Shown here: positions 38,518 through 49,915 of the stretch, in pieces
How positions within the stretch are numbered: the stretch's first letter is position 1
Layout: every line of letters begins with the position of its first letter
Source of the DNA: Yuukianura sp. NJ FZ-2021
Taxonomy: Eukaryota
DNA: 64,000 nt
Assembly (NCBI GenBank): GCA_046563655.1
Contig: CM102285.1
Coordinates: 992,001 to 1,056,000 of the forward strand
Direction: 5' to 3'
Notes under the pieces: model-generated
The model's input: only the letters and a program-made list of their open reading frames with translations
Told to the model about the DNA's origin: nothing
Databases searched by the model: none
Translations under genes and position numbers: made by a program

Positions 38518-39497
38518 TGTAGCGACGATGTCCTCTTTTTTGATTTTCAGAAATTCCGAAAACCCTAAATTCCGAAATTCCGAAAATCCTAAAACCCTAA
38601 AATCCGAAAATCCTAAAATCCTAAAACGGAAAACCCTAAAACACTAAATTCCGAAACTCCCAAAACACTAAAATCCGAAAACACTAAAACCCTAAAACAC
38701 GAAACTCCTAAATTACTAAAAAACTCCTAAATTCCGAAATAGCAAAACAGGGTCCCAAAATCAGTCAGTGATCGTCTACCCTCCCCTTATGGACGTGCCC
38801 GTAGTTAGTTAACAGAGTATAGACTAAGATGATTCCTCTAGGTATTAGTTCTCTTCTAGCTGTAAGCAGTATAGGATAAGTTGGATTCCCCCTGTATACC
38901 CTTGATCCCTACAGAATACCTAGGATACGGTCTCCCCCTTGTCAGCCCTCCCCCTAGTTATACACATCAATTAGAGTAAGTCTTTCCTTTCAGTAGTTAA
39001 GGGATAGGAAGGAGTAAGATGTTACCCCCCGACGTCACGTTGGGAGGTAAATTCTTGCTCCTTCTGACTCCACCCCCTATCTCTATAAAAACCCTGTGCA
39101 GCTAAGTTTAGTAAGTGAGTTAACAGTAAGCAGTCAAGCAGTCAGGTCACGCTCTTCTGTACAGTTTATCATCAGTCAGTCTTCAATACACTCTCTTGGC
39201 CGAAGGCCCTCTTGGAAGTCGCTCTCATTCATTCTTGTTTTAGGTCAGAGGTCAAGGTTCTGGGGTCAAGCAAAAAACCCTAAAGTCCTAAAAGCCTAAA
39301 TCCCTAAAATCCTAAAGTCCTAAAACCCTAAAAAGTCATTTGGGATACTGTTTAGTGGTAGTGTTTAGCCGGCCTTACAACCCGATAGACACAGTTATAC
39401 CACAGTCCTCCTCATCCTAGTAGTTTTGGTTGCGTTGTTTCCGGAAGTTCAGTGTTGTTCTATTGTGCTAATTTTTTCTGGAGTTATCGAAACTACA
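38518..39497 (+). repeat. 5' LTR (980 bp)
   Basis: Direct repeat of 45389-46295; contains a CTATAAAA TATA-like box near 39084 and octamer repeat arrays. Confidence 0.95.
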
Positions 39498-39703
39498 TGG
39501 TCCTTCGAACCGGATCGACCCAGCCATCTGACGAGCAGTGAAGCCGAGGAAGACATCCCACTTGGACATCAGTCATCACCTTTTTACAAGGTCTATGTGA
39601 GCACCGAGCCAGCTCCAAAAAACCTACAGGGCTCTGGAAAAGGTGATATCGTCCCAAACATATCATTTCGTTTCAAATCTAATCTCAGTACCCGTTTTTA
39701 GCT

Positions 39704-42700
39704 ATGGCCGAACGCCAGACCCTACCGGATGAGACGACAGATCAGGAAGTAGATGCAGACGTCAGCCAGTCTTCAGGGACTTTGCCCTTTGTCGCCGGAG
39801 AGGAGGAAGACACCCGCAGCGTCTCTTCGCACATCAGCCACACGTCGGTGAAGTCAGTCATCAGGCGCAAAGAGCGAGAACTGAAGATGGCAGCACGAAT
39901 CAAGATCTTGGAAGAAGAAAGAAAGGCTATCCAAGCAGAAGCCGAACGAGAAAAGAAGATGAGAGAAGCAGAAGCCGAACAAGAAAGGAAACTCGCCGCA
40001 ATAGTTACCGAGCAAGAGAAGATGCTTATCGATATGAAACTTCAGAAGGAGCTAGAAGATCTGGCCGACGAACAGGAAGATTTGTTGGAGGAGATGGGGC
40101 TCCTAGAGCCCACCAAACCATTGATCAGCCGTCCAGTGATCCAGCAGAGGAACACTCAGGATTGGGTCAATGCCGTTCCAGCAGATCCCCCGTCACCAGT
40201 ACCTTCACGCCCCCCATCGAATCACTCAAACAAAGCCTTTTCGCCACCAGTATCAGTTCACCAGTCAGAAGTGAGATCCGAAATTGCCCAGGCCGGAGAA
40301 GCAATGGCCGCAGCCTTCAGTAAGGCTTTGGAACAGATGAAACCGGTAATCACTCCTCCAACAGTAGTCACTCCTCCACCGGTGGGCACTTCCTCTACTT
40401 CCGAAAAAGTGTTGGCAAGAAAGGCTTACGGGAGTGATCTCCCTCATTTTAGTGGTCGACCAGACGAATGGCGAGTCTTTCATGCAGCGTATACCCAATC
40501 TACCGAGAAATGTGAATTTTCCAACTACGAGAATCTTCATCGTCTCCGTCGATGTTTGAAGGGTGAAGCCTACAAAGAAGTTGAATACCTGCTTGAGAAT
40601 CCCGAGAACGTGCCGGAGATCATGAAGACATTAACGCTCAGGTTTGGACAACAACGACATATCATCAGACATCTCTTGTCAAAATTGCAGACAGTACCTA
40701 TTCTCAAAGAAAACGATTGGGAGTCCCTCATCGCCTTCGGAAGACACGTTCGGAACTTAATGCAGACACTCAGAGGATTTCAGTCAGAGAAAATTCTTGA
40801 CAATTTTCAGACGCTGGAAGACTTGACGAAGAAGTTGCCACCCAGCCTTCGAATGGAATGGGCAAAGGAATCAGGAAATAGTTTGGATTCATCTTTGGAG
40901 AAGTTTGAGCTGTGGATCAGGGAGAAAGTGGTACACGCGTACACTATCTCCACACCGAAGTTTAAGGAAGAGAAGTCAAGAAGTGACAAGCAGACCACCA
41001 GATCAGTACTCGCAACAGAGCATGGAACCGTTCCTCAGGCTACTCCAACCACGTCTCAGACTTCGCATCAGTCACAGCAGCAGCAATCCACTCCGACTAC
41101 GTCTCAAGCTTCGCCCCAGCAACAACCGCAGCAGTCTACCCCGAAAGTCACCCGTTGCCAACATTGCCAGACAGACGGACATCGCATCCAGGGTTGCGAA
41201 CAATTCAAGAAAGCCAGTTTGGAAGCACGACTCAAGACAGTCAAGGACAGGAAACTTTGCTATGGATGTCTCAATTTTGGTCACGGAACAAAGGACTGCC
41301 GCTCTAAAAAGAAGTGCACAGTCGGGGACTGTAGCTACTTCCACCATCAGCTTCTACATCGGGAAACAGCTCCTGCTACTAACCACGTCGCACCCCTACA
41401 GCTTCACGTCTCCAGTCAAATCACCTATCAGGTTCTTCCCGTCACTCTCAGGAGCCCAAAGGCAGAAGTCTCTACTTACGCTCTGTTAGATTTGGGATCC
41501 GGGTACACCCTACTGGATGAAGAACTTGCCGACCAACTCCAACTCCACGGAAAGAAACAATCGCTAGGTTACTCTACAATTAGCCACAGTCAGGGGTCAG
41601 AAATCCCTTCACGCTCAGTGTCTCTCAGTATCGTCAACCCCACCAATGGAGATTCATTCGATGTAACCAATGTACGTACCTTCCCATCTCTTAATCTTCG
41701 TGCCGGCACCGTGACTCCGTCTCAGCTAGCAGAATGGAAACATCTCGACAGATTGCCTCTTCCATTATACTCAGATGTCCGGCCGAAGATCCTGATTGGA
41801 ATTCCACACCGTAAACTAATTTCACCAATTAAGATCGTCAAAGGTAGTGAGGATGGTCCGGAGGCGTGGAAGACGCAACTCGGTTGGATGGTCTACGGGG
41901 AGATGGCCTTTCCGACAGAATGCAAGACAGCCAACTACATCAACGGAGTCTACAGTCTCACAGAAGCAGATCCACTACATCAGTTGGTTAAACAATACTT
42001 CAGCACCGAAGAGTTTGGCGTCAGACCCACCACCTCTTCTCCTTACACGAAGGATGAGCAGAAGGCTGAAGAGATTGCCAAGAAGACCCTACGCAGAGTT
42101 GGAGACAGATTCGAGATCGGGCTACTATGGAAGGACGAGACAGTAACGCTGCCTGAGAGCAAAACGATGGCCCTCCAGCGACTCTCTTCCATCGAGCGGA
42201 AACTCGACAAGGATCCAATCTACGCCAACAAGTACTGCGAGAATGTCCAGCACTACATTGACTCAGGATACCTACAGAAGATGTCGAAGGAAGAAGCAGA
42301 GACGGTGACTCCGCGGACTTGGTTCCTTCCTCACTTTGGAGTCAGCAAGGCTAGTAAGCCAGAAAAACTCAGACTAGTTTTTGATGCCGCAGCCACCAGC
42401 CACGGAGTTAGTCTTAATTCAGCATTGTACAGCGGACCAGACATTCTCAGACCCCTACCATCAGTTCTTTGCAAGTTCAGAGAGAGGAAGATTGCCATCA
42501 CAGCAGACATCAAGGAAATGTTTCACCAAGTCAGGATGCGTGAAGAAGATCAACTTAGTCAGAGAATCCTTTGGAGAGGAATGGATCGAATCAACCCCCC
42601 AGATCAGTACAAGATGGCAGTCATGACATTTGGAGCAACCTGTTCGCCTTACTGTGCACAACTTGTCAAAAGAGAAAACGCCATGCAGTTTGCCGAGAGA

Positions 42701-45337
42701 TTTCCAAGAGCAGTAGACGCAATCGTCGCTCGTCACTACGTGGACGATTTGTTGGATTCATGTGACACTACAGCAAAAGCCTTCATCCACTTCCAGGAAG
42801 TTTTCAAGATTCAGAAACATGGAGGCTTCCATCTCTGCAATTGGGCTTCTAACGATCCTACCTTCATCCATCAGATTCCCGAAGATCTTCGCTCCAAGTC
42901 TCAGAAGTCATTTGGAAGCAAAGACACCATTGCCAGTGAGCGGATTCTCGGACTCGAGTGGAACCCCGGAGAGGACTTCTTCACATTCTCTACCAGCTTC
43001 TTCAAAGTCAGGAAGGAGATCCTCAACGGACAGGAATCGCCGACGAAGAGAGAAGCCTTGTCTGTGGTAATGTCAGTTTTCGATCCACTGGGTTTCGCAG
43101 CAGTCCTCACAGTAAAGGCGAAGATCCTGTTGCAGTTAGCTTGGCGCGCCGGAATCGGATGGGACGACATCTTACCAGAATCACTGTGGACAAAATGGAG
43201 GGAATGGATTTCAGATCTTCAGAGAATTTCTTCATTCAAGGTACCCAGATGTTACTCCCTACATTTCTCCAGAGCAAAGGAAGTTCAACTTCACGTTTTC
43301 TGCGATGCCAGCGAGTTGGCCTACTCTTCAGTCGCCTACTTCAGATTGGAATCCGGTGAGACAGCCTTCGTAGCAGCCAAAACTAGAGTTACCCCCCTCA
43401 AAGCCATGACCATTCCTCGGTACGAGCTACAAGCAGCCTTAATGGGAGCCAGACTTTCTCATTCAGTGAAGGAGTGGCACAGCATCCAGCCTACGAAGTG
43501 CTTCTTCTGGACAGACAGTCGTACCGTCATGTGCTGGCTCTCCATGGATTCGTGTCGCCTAAAGCAGTTCGTTTCAAACAGAGTAGGTGAGATCCTGGAT
43601 TTAACTCAGAAGACAGACTGGAACTGGATATCTACACACGAGAACGTTGCCGATGAAGCTACCAGAGACCGAGATCCCTGCGATTTCTCTCCCAACAGTC
43701 GTTGGCTGAATGGACCAGCCTTCCTGAAGCTATCACAAGATCAGTGGCCCATCGGACAAACCCAAGAACTGAAGGAAGATCCAGAGATCTTAGAAATCAA
43801 GAAGGAGTTTTGTGGACATGTGGAAAACTTGAAAAAGACAGCGGGTGAGTGTCCTTTCGACATCTCAAGATTCTCCTCATGGACACGCCTCATCAGAAGC
43901 ACTGCCTACCTTCTACGTGCAGTCAGATATGGATTTCGTGGATGCAGTCACCCCTATCCGCCATTCGCAATTGCTGAGATCTTCGAGTCAGAGACCTTTT
44001 GGTGGAGATGGGCTCAAGCGGAATCCTACCCAGCAGTCGTCCTTGCCTTTCGTATGAAAGATTACTCCAGAGCAGCCAAATATCAGCTACAGACACCACT
44101 ACGAGGACTGTCAATTTACATGGATGACACCGGTGTACTTCGCCTCAAAGGACGTGTGCAAGCCGATGTCCCAATTGGAAACCTGGAGCGAAATCCAGTA
44201 ATACTCCACCCGAAACATCCGTATACCATCTTGATGATCAGACACTACCACGAGAAGGCGGGACACCAGAACAAAGACACAGTCGTCAACGACCTCAAAC
44301 AACGATTTTGCATCACAGGTCTACGAGAAGCAGTTAAGAAAGCCTGGTACAACTGTCAACGTTGCAAGAATGATCGTGCTCGTCCAATTCCTCCAGAGAT
44401 GGCTCCACTACCGTTGGCGAGACTTGACAGTTACCAGCGACCTTTCACACGAACAGGCGTTGACTACTTTGGACCTATGGAAGTGACTATTGGAAGAAGA
44501 CATGAGAAGCGGTACGGTGCGCTGTTCACTTGCTTGGTTACCCGTGCAGTTCACCTGGAATTAGCCGGATCTCTCTCCACCGACAGCTTCATCATGGCTC
44601 TCCGTCGCTTTATTGCTCGCAGAGGAAACCCAGCCCACATTTACTCAGACAACGGTACCAACTTTGTCGGCGCCAACAATGAACTTCAGAAAGCTATCAA
44701 AGAATTGGATCAGGAAAAGATTGGTGTCGAGATGAACGTCAGGTCAATTGAATGGCATTTCAACCCGCCTTACGCACCACACATGGGAGGAAGTTGGGAG
44801 AGGATGGTACAATCAGTGAAGAGAGCTCTCCATGCAGTACTAAAGGAAAGAACACCCCGGGAAGAGACTCTACTAACCCTCCTAACAGAAGCCGAGAATA
44901 CGGTCAATGGACACCCGCTAACCTATGTTAACTCAGACGTGGAATCAGAAGAGGTCCTGACGCCAAACCACTTCCTCATTGGCACTCCAAACGCATACCA
45001 ACCACCAGGAGCCTTTGACGACGGAGACCTCATTCCTGGGAAGCAGTGGAAACTTGCGATGAGACTAGCCGATCATTTCTGGGGACGCTGGATCCGTGAG
45101 TTCCTCCCCACCCTGACCAACCGCCAGAAGTGGATTGAGAAGGCTACCCCCATCAAGGTCGGAGACGTGGTTCTCATCGTGGACGATTCCCTTCCCCGCA
45201 ATTGCTGGCTGAAAGGCATCGTCGAGGAGGTCCCAGAAGCAAAGGATGGACAAGTACGTTGGGCCAACGTCAAAACAGCAGCTGGACACTACAAGAGACC
45301 AGCCACCAAGTTGTGCGTCCTCAAGGTTACACAGTAG
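39704..45337 (+). CDS. BEL/Pao Gag-Pol polyprotein (1877 aa, uninterrupted)
   Basis: Gag LPHFSGRPDEW; three Cys/His knuckles (CQHC...H...C, CYGC...H...C, C...C...HHQLLH); protease ALLDLGS; RT ADIKEMF...YVDD; RNase H FCDAS; integrase GVDYFGP, SDNGTNF, GGSWERMV; order PR-RT-RH-IN. Confidence 0.97.
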   Translation: MAERQTLPDETTDQEVDADVSQSSGTLPFVAGEEEDTRSVSSHISHTSVKSVIRRKERELKMAARIKILEEERKAIQAEAEREKKMREAEAEQERKLAAIVTEQEKMLIDMKLQKELEDLADEQEDLLEEMGLLEPTKPLISRPVIQQRNTQDWVNAVPADPPSPVPSRPPSNHSNKAFSPPVSVHQSEVRSEIAQAGEAMAAAFSKALEQMKPVITPPTVVTPPPVGTSSTSEKVLARKAYGSDLPHFSGRPDEWRVFHAAYTQSTEKCEFSNYENLHRLRRCLKGEAYKEVEYLLENPENVPEIMKTLTLRFGQQRHIIRHLLSKLQTVPILKENDWESLIAFGRHVRNLMQTLRGFQSEKILDNFQTLEDLTKKLPPSLRMEWAKESGNSLDSSLEKFELWIREKVVHAYTISTPKFKEEKSRSDKQTTRSVLATEHGTVPQATPTTSQTSHQSQQQQSTPTTSQASPQQQPQQSTPKVTRCQHCQTDGHRIQGCEQFKKASLEARLKTVKDRKLCYGCLNFGHGTKDCRSKKKCTVGDCSYFHHQLLHRETAPATNHVAPLQLHVSSQITYQVLPVTLRSPKAEVSTYALLDLGSGYTLLDEELADQLQLHGKKQSLGYSTISHSQGSEIPSRSVSLSIVNPTNGDSFDVTNVRTFPSLNLRAGTVTPSQLAEWKHLDRLPLPLYSDVRPKILIGIPHRKLISPIKIVKGSEDGPEAWKTQLGWMVYGEMAFPTECKTANYINGVYSLTEADPLHQLVKQYFSTEEFGVRPTTSSPYTKDEQKAEEIAKKTLRRVGDRFEIGLLWKDETVTLPESKTMALQRLSSIERKLDKDPIYANKYCENVQHYIDSGYLQKMSKEEAETVTPRTWFLPHFGVSKASKPEKLRLVFDAAATSHGVSLNSALYSGPDILRPLPSVLCKFRERKIAITADIKEMFHQVRMREEDQLSQRILWRGMDRINPPDQYKMAVMTFGATCSPYCAQLVKRENAMQFAERFPRAVDAIVARHYVDDLLDSCDTTAKAFIHFQEVFKIQKHGGFHLCNWASNDPTFIHQIPEDLRSKSQKSFGSKDTIASERILGLEWNPGEDFFTFSTSFFKVRKEILNGQESPTKREALSVVMSVFDPLGFAAVLTVKAKILLQLAWRAGIGWDDILPESLWTKWREWISDLQRISSFKVPRCYSLHFSRAKEVQLHVFCDASELAYSSVAYFRLESGETAFVAAKTRVTPLKAMTIPRYELQAALMGARLSHSVKEWHSIQPTKCFFWTDSRTVMCWLSMDSCRLKQFVSNRVGEILDLTQKTDWNWISTHENVADEATRDRDPCDFSPNSRWLNGPAFLKLSQDQWPIGQTQELKEDPEILEIKKEFCGHVENLKKTAGECPFDISRFSSWTRLIRSTAYLLRAVRYGFRGCSHPYPPFAIAEIFESETFWWRWAQAESYPAVVLAFRMKDYSRAAKYQLQTPLRGLSIYMDDTGVLRLKGRVQADVPIGNLERNPVILHPKHPYTILMIRHYHEKAGHQNKDTVVNDLKQRFCITGLREAVKKAWYNCQRCKNDRARPIPPEMAPLPLARLDSYQRPFTRTGVDYFGPMEVTIGRRHEKRYGALFTCLVTRAVHLELAGSLSTDSFIMALRRFIARRGNPAHIYSDNGTNFVGANNELQKAIKELDQEKIGVEMNVRSIEWHFNPPYAPHMGGSWERMVQSVKRALHAVLKERTPREETLLTLLTEAENTVNGHPLTYVNSDVESEEVLTPNHFLIGTPNAYQPPGAFDDGDLIPGKQWKLAMRLADHFWGRWIREFLPTLTNRQKWIEKATPIKVGDVVLIVDDSLPRNCWLKGIVEEVPEAKDGQVRWANVKTAAGHYKRPATKLCVLKVTQ

Positions 45338-45388
45338 AAGACATCGCTTACCTTTTAGTATGAACGTGCACGTTCATACGGGGGGGAG

Positions 45389-46295
45389 TGTAGCGACGAT
45401 GTCCTCTTTTTTGATTTTCAGAAATTCCGAAAACCCTAAATTCCGAAATTCCGAAAATCCTAAAACCCTAAAATCCTAAAAAGGAAAACCCTAAAACACC
45501 GAAACTCCTAAATTACTAAAAAACTCCTAAATTCCGAAATAGCAAAACAGGGTCCCAAAATCAGTCAGTGATCGTCTACCCTCCCCTTATGGACGTGCCC
45601 GTAGTTAGTTAACAGAGTATAGACTAAGATGATTCCTCTAGGTATTAGTTCTCTTCTAGCTGTAAGCAGTATAGGATAAGTTGGATTCCCCCTGTATACC
45701 CTTGATCCCTACAGAATACCTAGGATACGGTCTCCCTTGTCAGCCCTCCCCCTAGTTATACACATCAATTAGAGTAAGTCTTTCCTTTCAGTAGTTAAGG
45801 GATAGGAAGGAGTAAGATGTTACCCCCCGACGTCACGTTGGGAGGTAAATTCTTGCTCCTTCTGACTCCACCCCCTATCTCTATAAAAACCCTGTGCAGC
45901 TAAGTTTAGTAAGTGAGTTAACAGTAAGCAGTCAAGCAGTCAGGTCACGCTCTTCTGTACAGTTTATCATCAGTCAGTCTTCAATACACTCTCTTGGCCG
46001 AAGGCCCTCTTGGAAGTCGCTCTCATTCATTCTTGTTTTAGGTCAGAGGTCAAGGTTCTGGGGTCAAGCAAAAAACCCTAAAGTCCTAAAAGCCTAAATC
46101 CCTAAAATCCTAAAGTCCTAAAACCCTAAAAAGTCATTTGGGATACTGTTTAGTGGTAGTGTTTAGCCGGCCTTACAACCCGATAGACACAGTTATACCA
46201 CAGTCCTCCTCATCCTAGTAGTTTTGGTTGCGTTGTTTCCGGAAGTTCAGTGTTGTTCTATTGTGCTAATTTTTTCTGGAGTTATCGAAACTACA
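45389..46295 (+). repeat. 3' LTR (907 bp)
   Basis: Near-identical to the 5' LTR except for a shorter octamer array and a shorter C-run. Confidence 0.95.
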
Positions 46296-47574
46296 CCGCC
46301 CTTAATCTAAAAGTGATTAATGATTATAAGCTCTAAAGTGTTAAACTGTTAACAACAGATTTTCCATTATTGCTGAGATAAAATTGGCATAAGGTTATGA
46401 AGTGTTGATAAAGGTTTTAGAAACAGTTTCTCATTCATGTAACACTTAACGATGAATTTGGATGTAGTCATTCAATCTTTGATGTAGTCATCAAACACAA
46501 ATAAGAGTTGCAAATGACACAATGAACCTTGAAAAACTTTTGAACCAACAAACTATTCACGGCGGGTTTTCGTATAAAAGGTTTTACTGTACGCTGAATT
46601 TATTAAATTTTTAATATTTCACAAAGTAATTTGCACCTCGGACGGAAACTGTATAGCATGCACCAAAAACAACCAATCAATGCGAGTTTCCGAATGATAG
46701 GTTTTACTCAAGGTAAATAGAATACTTATAGGTACGGTTGTTGAAAATTGTTTTTTCAAAACTGAGTTGCTATGGGATTTCTTTGACTCCGAGTTCACTC
46801 ATTTACAGTGTTGTTCAAAATTTTCAGCATTTTAGTCTCAATACTTTCGCCGCAAACTTAAAAATAGCTTAAAAACTCGGATGAACCTGTATTTTCACTC
46901 GGAGTGACGTCACTGTGAGTGAAATTGTAAACAAATAAAGAATCGGTTTTGGTCGCTAAGGCATTTTTGCCGCCCCCTGGGTTTTACTGTACTCTGAATT
47001 TTTGGAAAACTCTTATGGAAAATCATATGTTAACGAATTTTTCGAACGCCTCATTATTCTAATTAATTTAATACTAAGTATAGTATTTAAATTTTTAATG
47101 CCAGTAATGTTAAGAATTTTAAATTCTAGTTATAATATACGAATTGCCAAAAAATTTGCTGCGTGTCTGAAATTTCTTAGGAATAGGGGGCATATGCTCA
47201 GAGTCCGCCATATCGCAGGAATAGGGAGATCTTACATCTACGTAAAACGTAACGTCCGACGTTTCGGATGAATAGTGAGCCGCCGTACCTCAACTATTCT
47301 TCGAAATTTTGAAGAAAAAAGATAGTATAAAAACAAAACCAAGCATTTACTGGCTTACACGCACATCAGTACTGCCTCTTAAATACACCCTAAACAGAAT
47401 CAGGTAACCGTAATTGATTCGTATAATTCAATTCAATTGATCATTGAGGTCATACGGCATACCCACTGACGGTCCTGTCGCTAATAACAAATCTATATCT
47501 TCTTGGTCAACAGGAACAGCCTGGAATAGGTGAACAAGTCAACGTGAGCGAATGGTTCCGTGCTAAATGTCGGA

Positions 47575-49915
47575 ATGCCGTGCGCCAATTGCAGGAAGGA
47601 TTTGACCGTGTCTTCGGACGATGTCTTCGAGGGTACTAATGACACTGGAAGTGACTGCCATGCTTTTCTACTCCCAAGTTCAGGAACAGATCCACTTGAA
47701 GGACAAGAAAATACTGTCGCTGACAAGATTCCCATATCTTCTGCAATATCAACTGTATTCGAAGCGAGTCTCAAATTACATAAAGTAAGAGATTTCTCAA
47801 GAAGGTTAGCCTCGATTGATTTAATCAATCCAATTTGATATTTAGAGACAAGTCTCCTCCAATTGTCGACTGTTGATGTGCTTCGACTGTTTGTCCAGTT
47901 TGAGTTCTTTGAATGAAGCATATTCAAAGTTTATGAAGTTGACCAAGGAGGGATCCTACATTCAACAGCTGATCGAGACTTCCATTCTTTGGCCAACATT
48001 TGCAGTTTCTCATCGTTTTAATCTTACTTACGACGATTACTCTCCGTTCGTTGAAGTCAAGTTGGAGCCTGGCGACCAATCAGATGAGATCAACTTAGCA
48101 GTTAAGCAAGAGGATACAGATTTTGATATTGAGGATGATCAAGTACATGATGTGGAAGATGATGACGATGTACCCCTCCGTCGTTTAATACGACCTGGAC
48201 GGGAGGTCAAACGTAAAGGTCCATGCCATAAGATTCTTTAATTTCTTACTAAACTTACTATTTGTGTTTGCTTTTAAAACTAATCGATTATTCAATTTAT
48301 AGGGAAAGGAATCAAGCGGAAAATAAGTTTTACAAGAAAGGGAGCAAGAAAAATTGCCACTAGCAGCAGAAAATCAAGCTCAAGCTTAACCTCACGGTCA
48401 AAAGCCAGACTAATTACAGTTCCGAAAAAACGAAAGTTGGAACGTAGTCCATCTTTACCCAAAGAAAAAGTTATCAAACGGTTTCCCTGCACGGAAGAGG
48501 GCTGTACAAAATCCTTCAACGACGAAAAACTGTTTCGTCGGCACATCAAATTCAAACATGGAAATGCAACACCCGAAGAAATGGCAGCCCGAACTTGCTA
48601 TGAATGTCCAACTCCCAAAATATTCGGCATTCCTTCACAACTTCGTCTTCATCAACGTGAAGTTCATGCCACGGAGACTCCATTTCCATGTTCAAAGTGC
48701 GACCGCCAATTTCCAACTTCCAATCGCCTCCGAATCCACACTGTTCTCAAACATCCTTCCGTTCGATCTGCCCAAAGTTCTTCTCAAACTGCTACAGCGA
48801 AGGAACCGCTACTTTGCCCCCACAACTGTGAAACACCGTTTCGGTCTAAAGTTAGTCTCAAACTGCATCTGAAGTCCGTTCACGGTGAGCAGTTGAGTTA
48901 TACATGTGAAATCTGCGGGAAAACGTTTAATAGGAGTACGAGATACCGGAGACACCTCAAGTATAAGCACGGTCAAGGACTAACAGCTGATGATCTGGAA
49001 GGTCGCTCATGTCCAGACTGTCCCAAGATTTTTGAAACGCGCGGTCAATTAAAAATGCACCAAGCATCGGTCCACTCTACCGAAAAACCGTTTCAATGCG
49101 AAGTGGCAGGTTGTGGGAAAAAGTTTCCCTCTAAAAACTATCTCAATATTCACTGGCACATGCGGCATAAAAAGGAACCTGTTCGGTATCCATGTGAACA
49201 CTGTGGAAAATCATACTGTTCCAAAACCGTGCTCCAGGAACATGTGGACACGGTGCACCGTGGAGTAAAAAACGTCATTTGCGAAGTTTGTGGAAAAGCT
49301 TGTACGAGACAAAGTGCGCTGAACAGACACATGGAAACACATGACACGACGAGACAAAAACAGTTCCAGTGTAACATCTGTAATCAGCGATTCATCAGCG
49401 AAAAGACACTAAAAACGCATGCTATCACACACTCTGGAGTGAGGGATCAGCAGTGTACCCAATGTGGCGACACTTTCCTGCATGTCGCTTCCCTTCGGAG
49501 ACATTTGCATGCTAAACATGGAATCAGACCGACGAAGGGTCCCGATTCAAAGGAAGGTCACGAATGTAAGCAGTGTGGAAAAGTTTTTAAGTTGAAGGAG
49601 TACTTGAGCCAGCATTTGAGGTCAAGGACGCACGGGGGCAAAGGTCACACGGCTCAAAGGAGAAGGGAAGCAGCTGAAACAGTTCAGGAAGAACACGATC
49701 AAGATCAAGAGCCTTTGGATGGACGCAGATTCAAAGGATTAGTGAGCCCACAAAAGGGAGACGCTGTTGGAGGAGGGGATAATCGCCGGAATGACAGAAA
49801 ACCGTTGGATCCCACTGGATTTGTTGAACTTGCGGCACCTCCACTACCGCAACAAATTTTCTGGACGCATGAATCTCTGATACCTCCTGGAAGTTCGCAG
49901 TATTTTAGACAGTAA
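47575..49915 (+). CDS. C2H2 zinc-finger protein with ZAD-like N-terminus (3 coding exons; start approximate)
   Basis: N-terminal CANC ... MCFDCLSSL Cys pairs, acidic VKLEP/VKQED linker, then about 13 C2H2 fingers in ORF 48437-49915. Confidence 0.85.

Larger units (their letters stand above)
38518..46295 (+). mobile_element. Full-length BEL/Pao LTR retrotransposon
   Basis: LTRs 38518-39497 and 45389-46295 with TGTAG...CTACA ends; 5-bp TSD CCGCC (38513-38517 and 46296-46300); PBS TGGTCCTTCGAACCGGAT at 39498 (tRNA-Tyr type); PPT GGGGGGGAG at 45380-45388; single long ORF. Confidence 0.97.

Noticed and set aside
39096-39299. Identical 67-aa ORFs at 39096 and 45894
   Set aside because: Chance GTG-start frames inside the two LTRs.
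45338-45388. env-like third ORF in the BEL/Pao element
   Set aside because: Only about 50 bp separate the pol stop from the 3' LTR.
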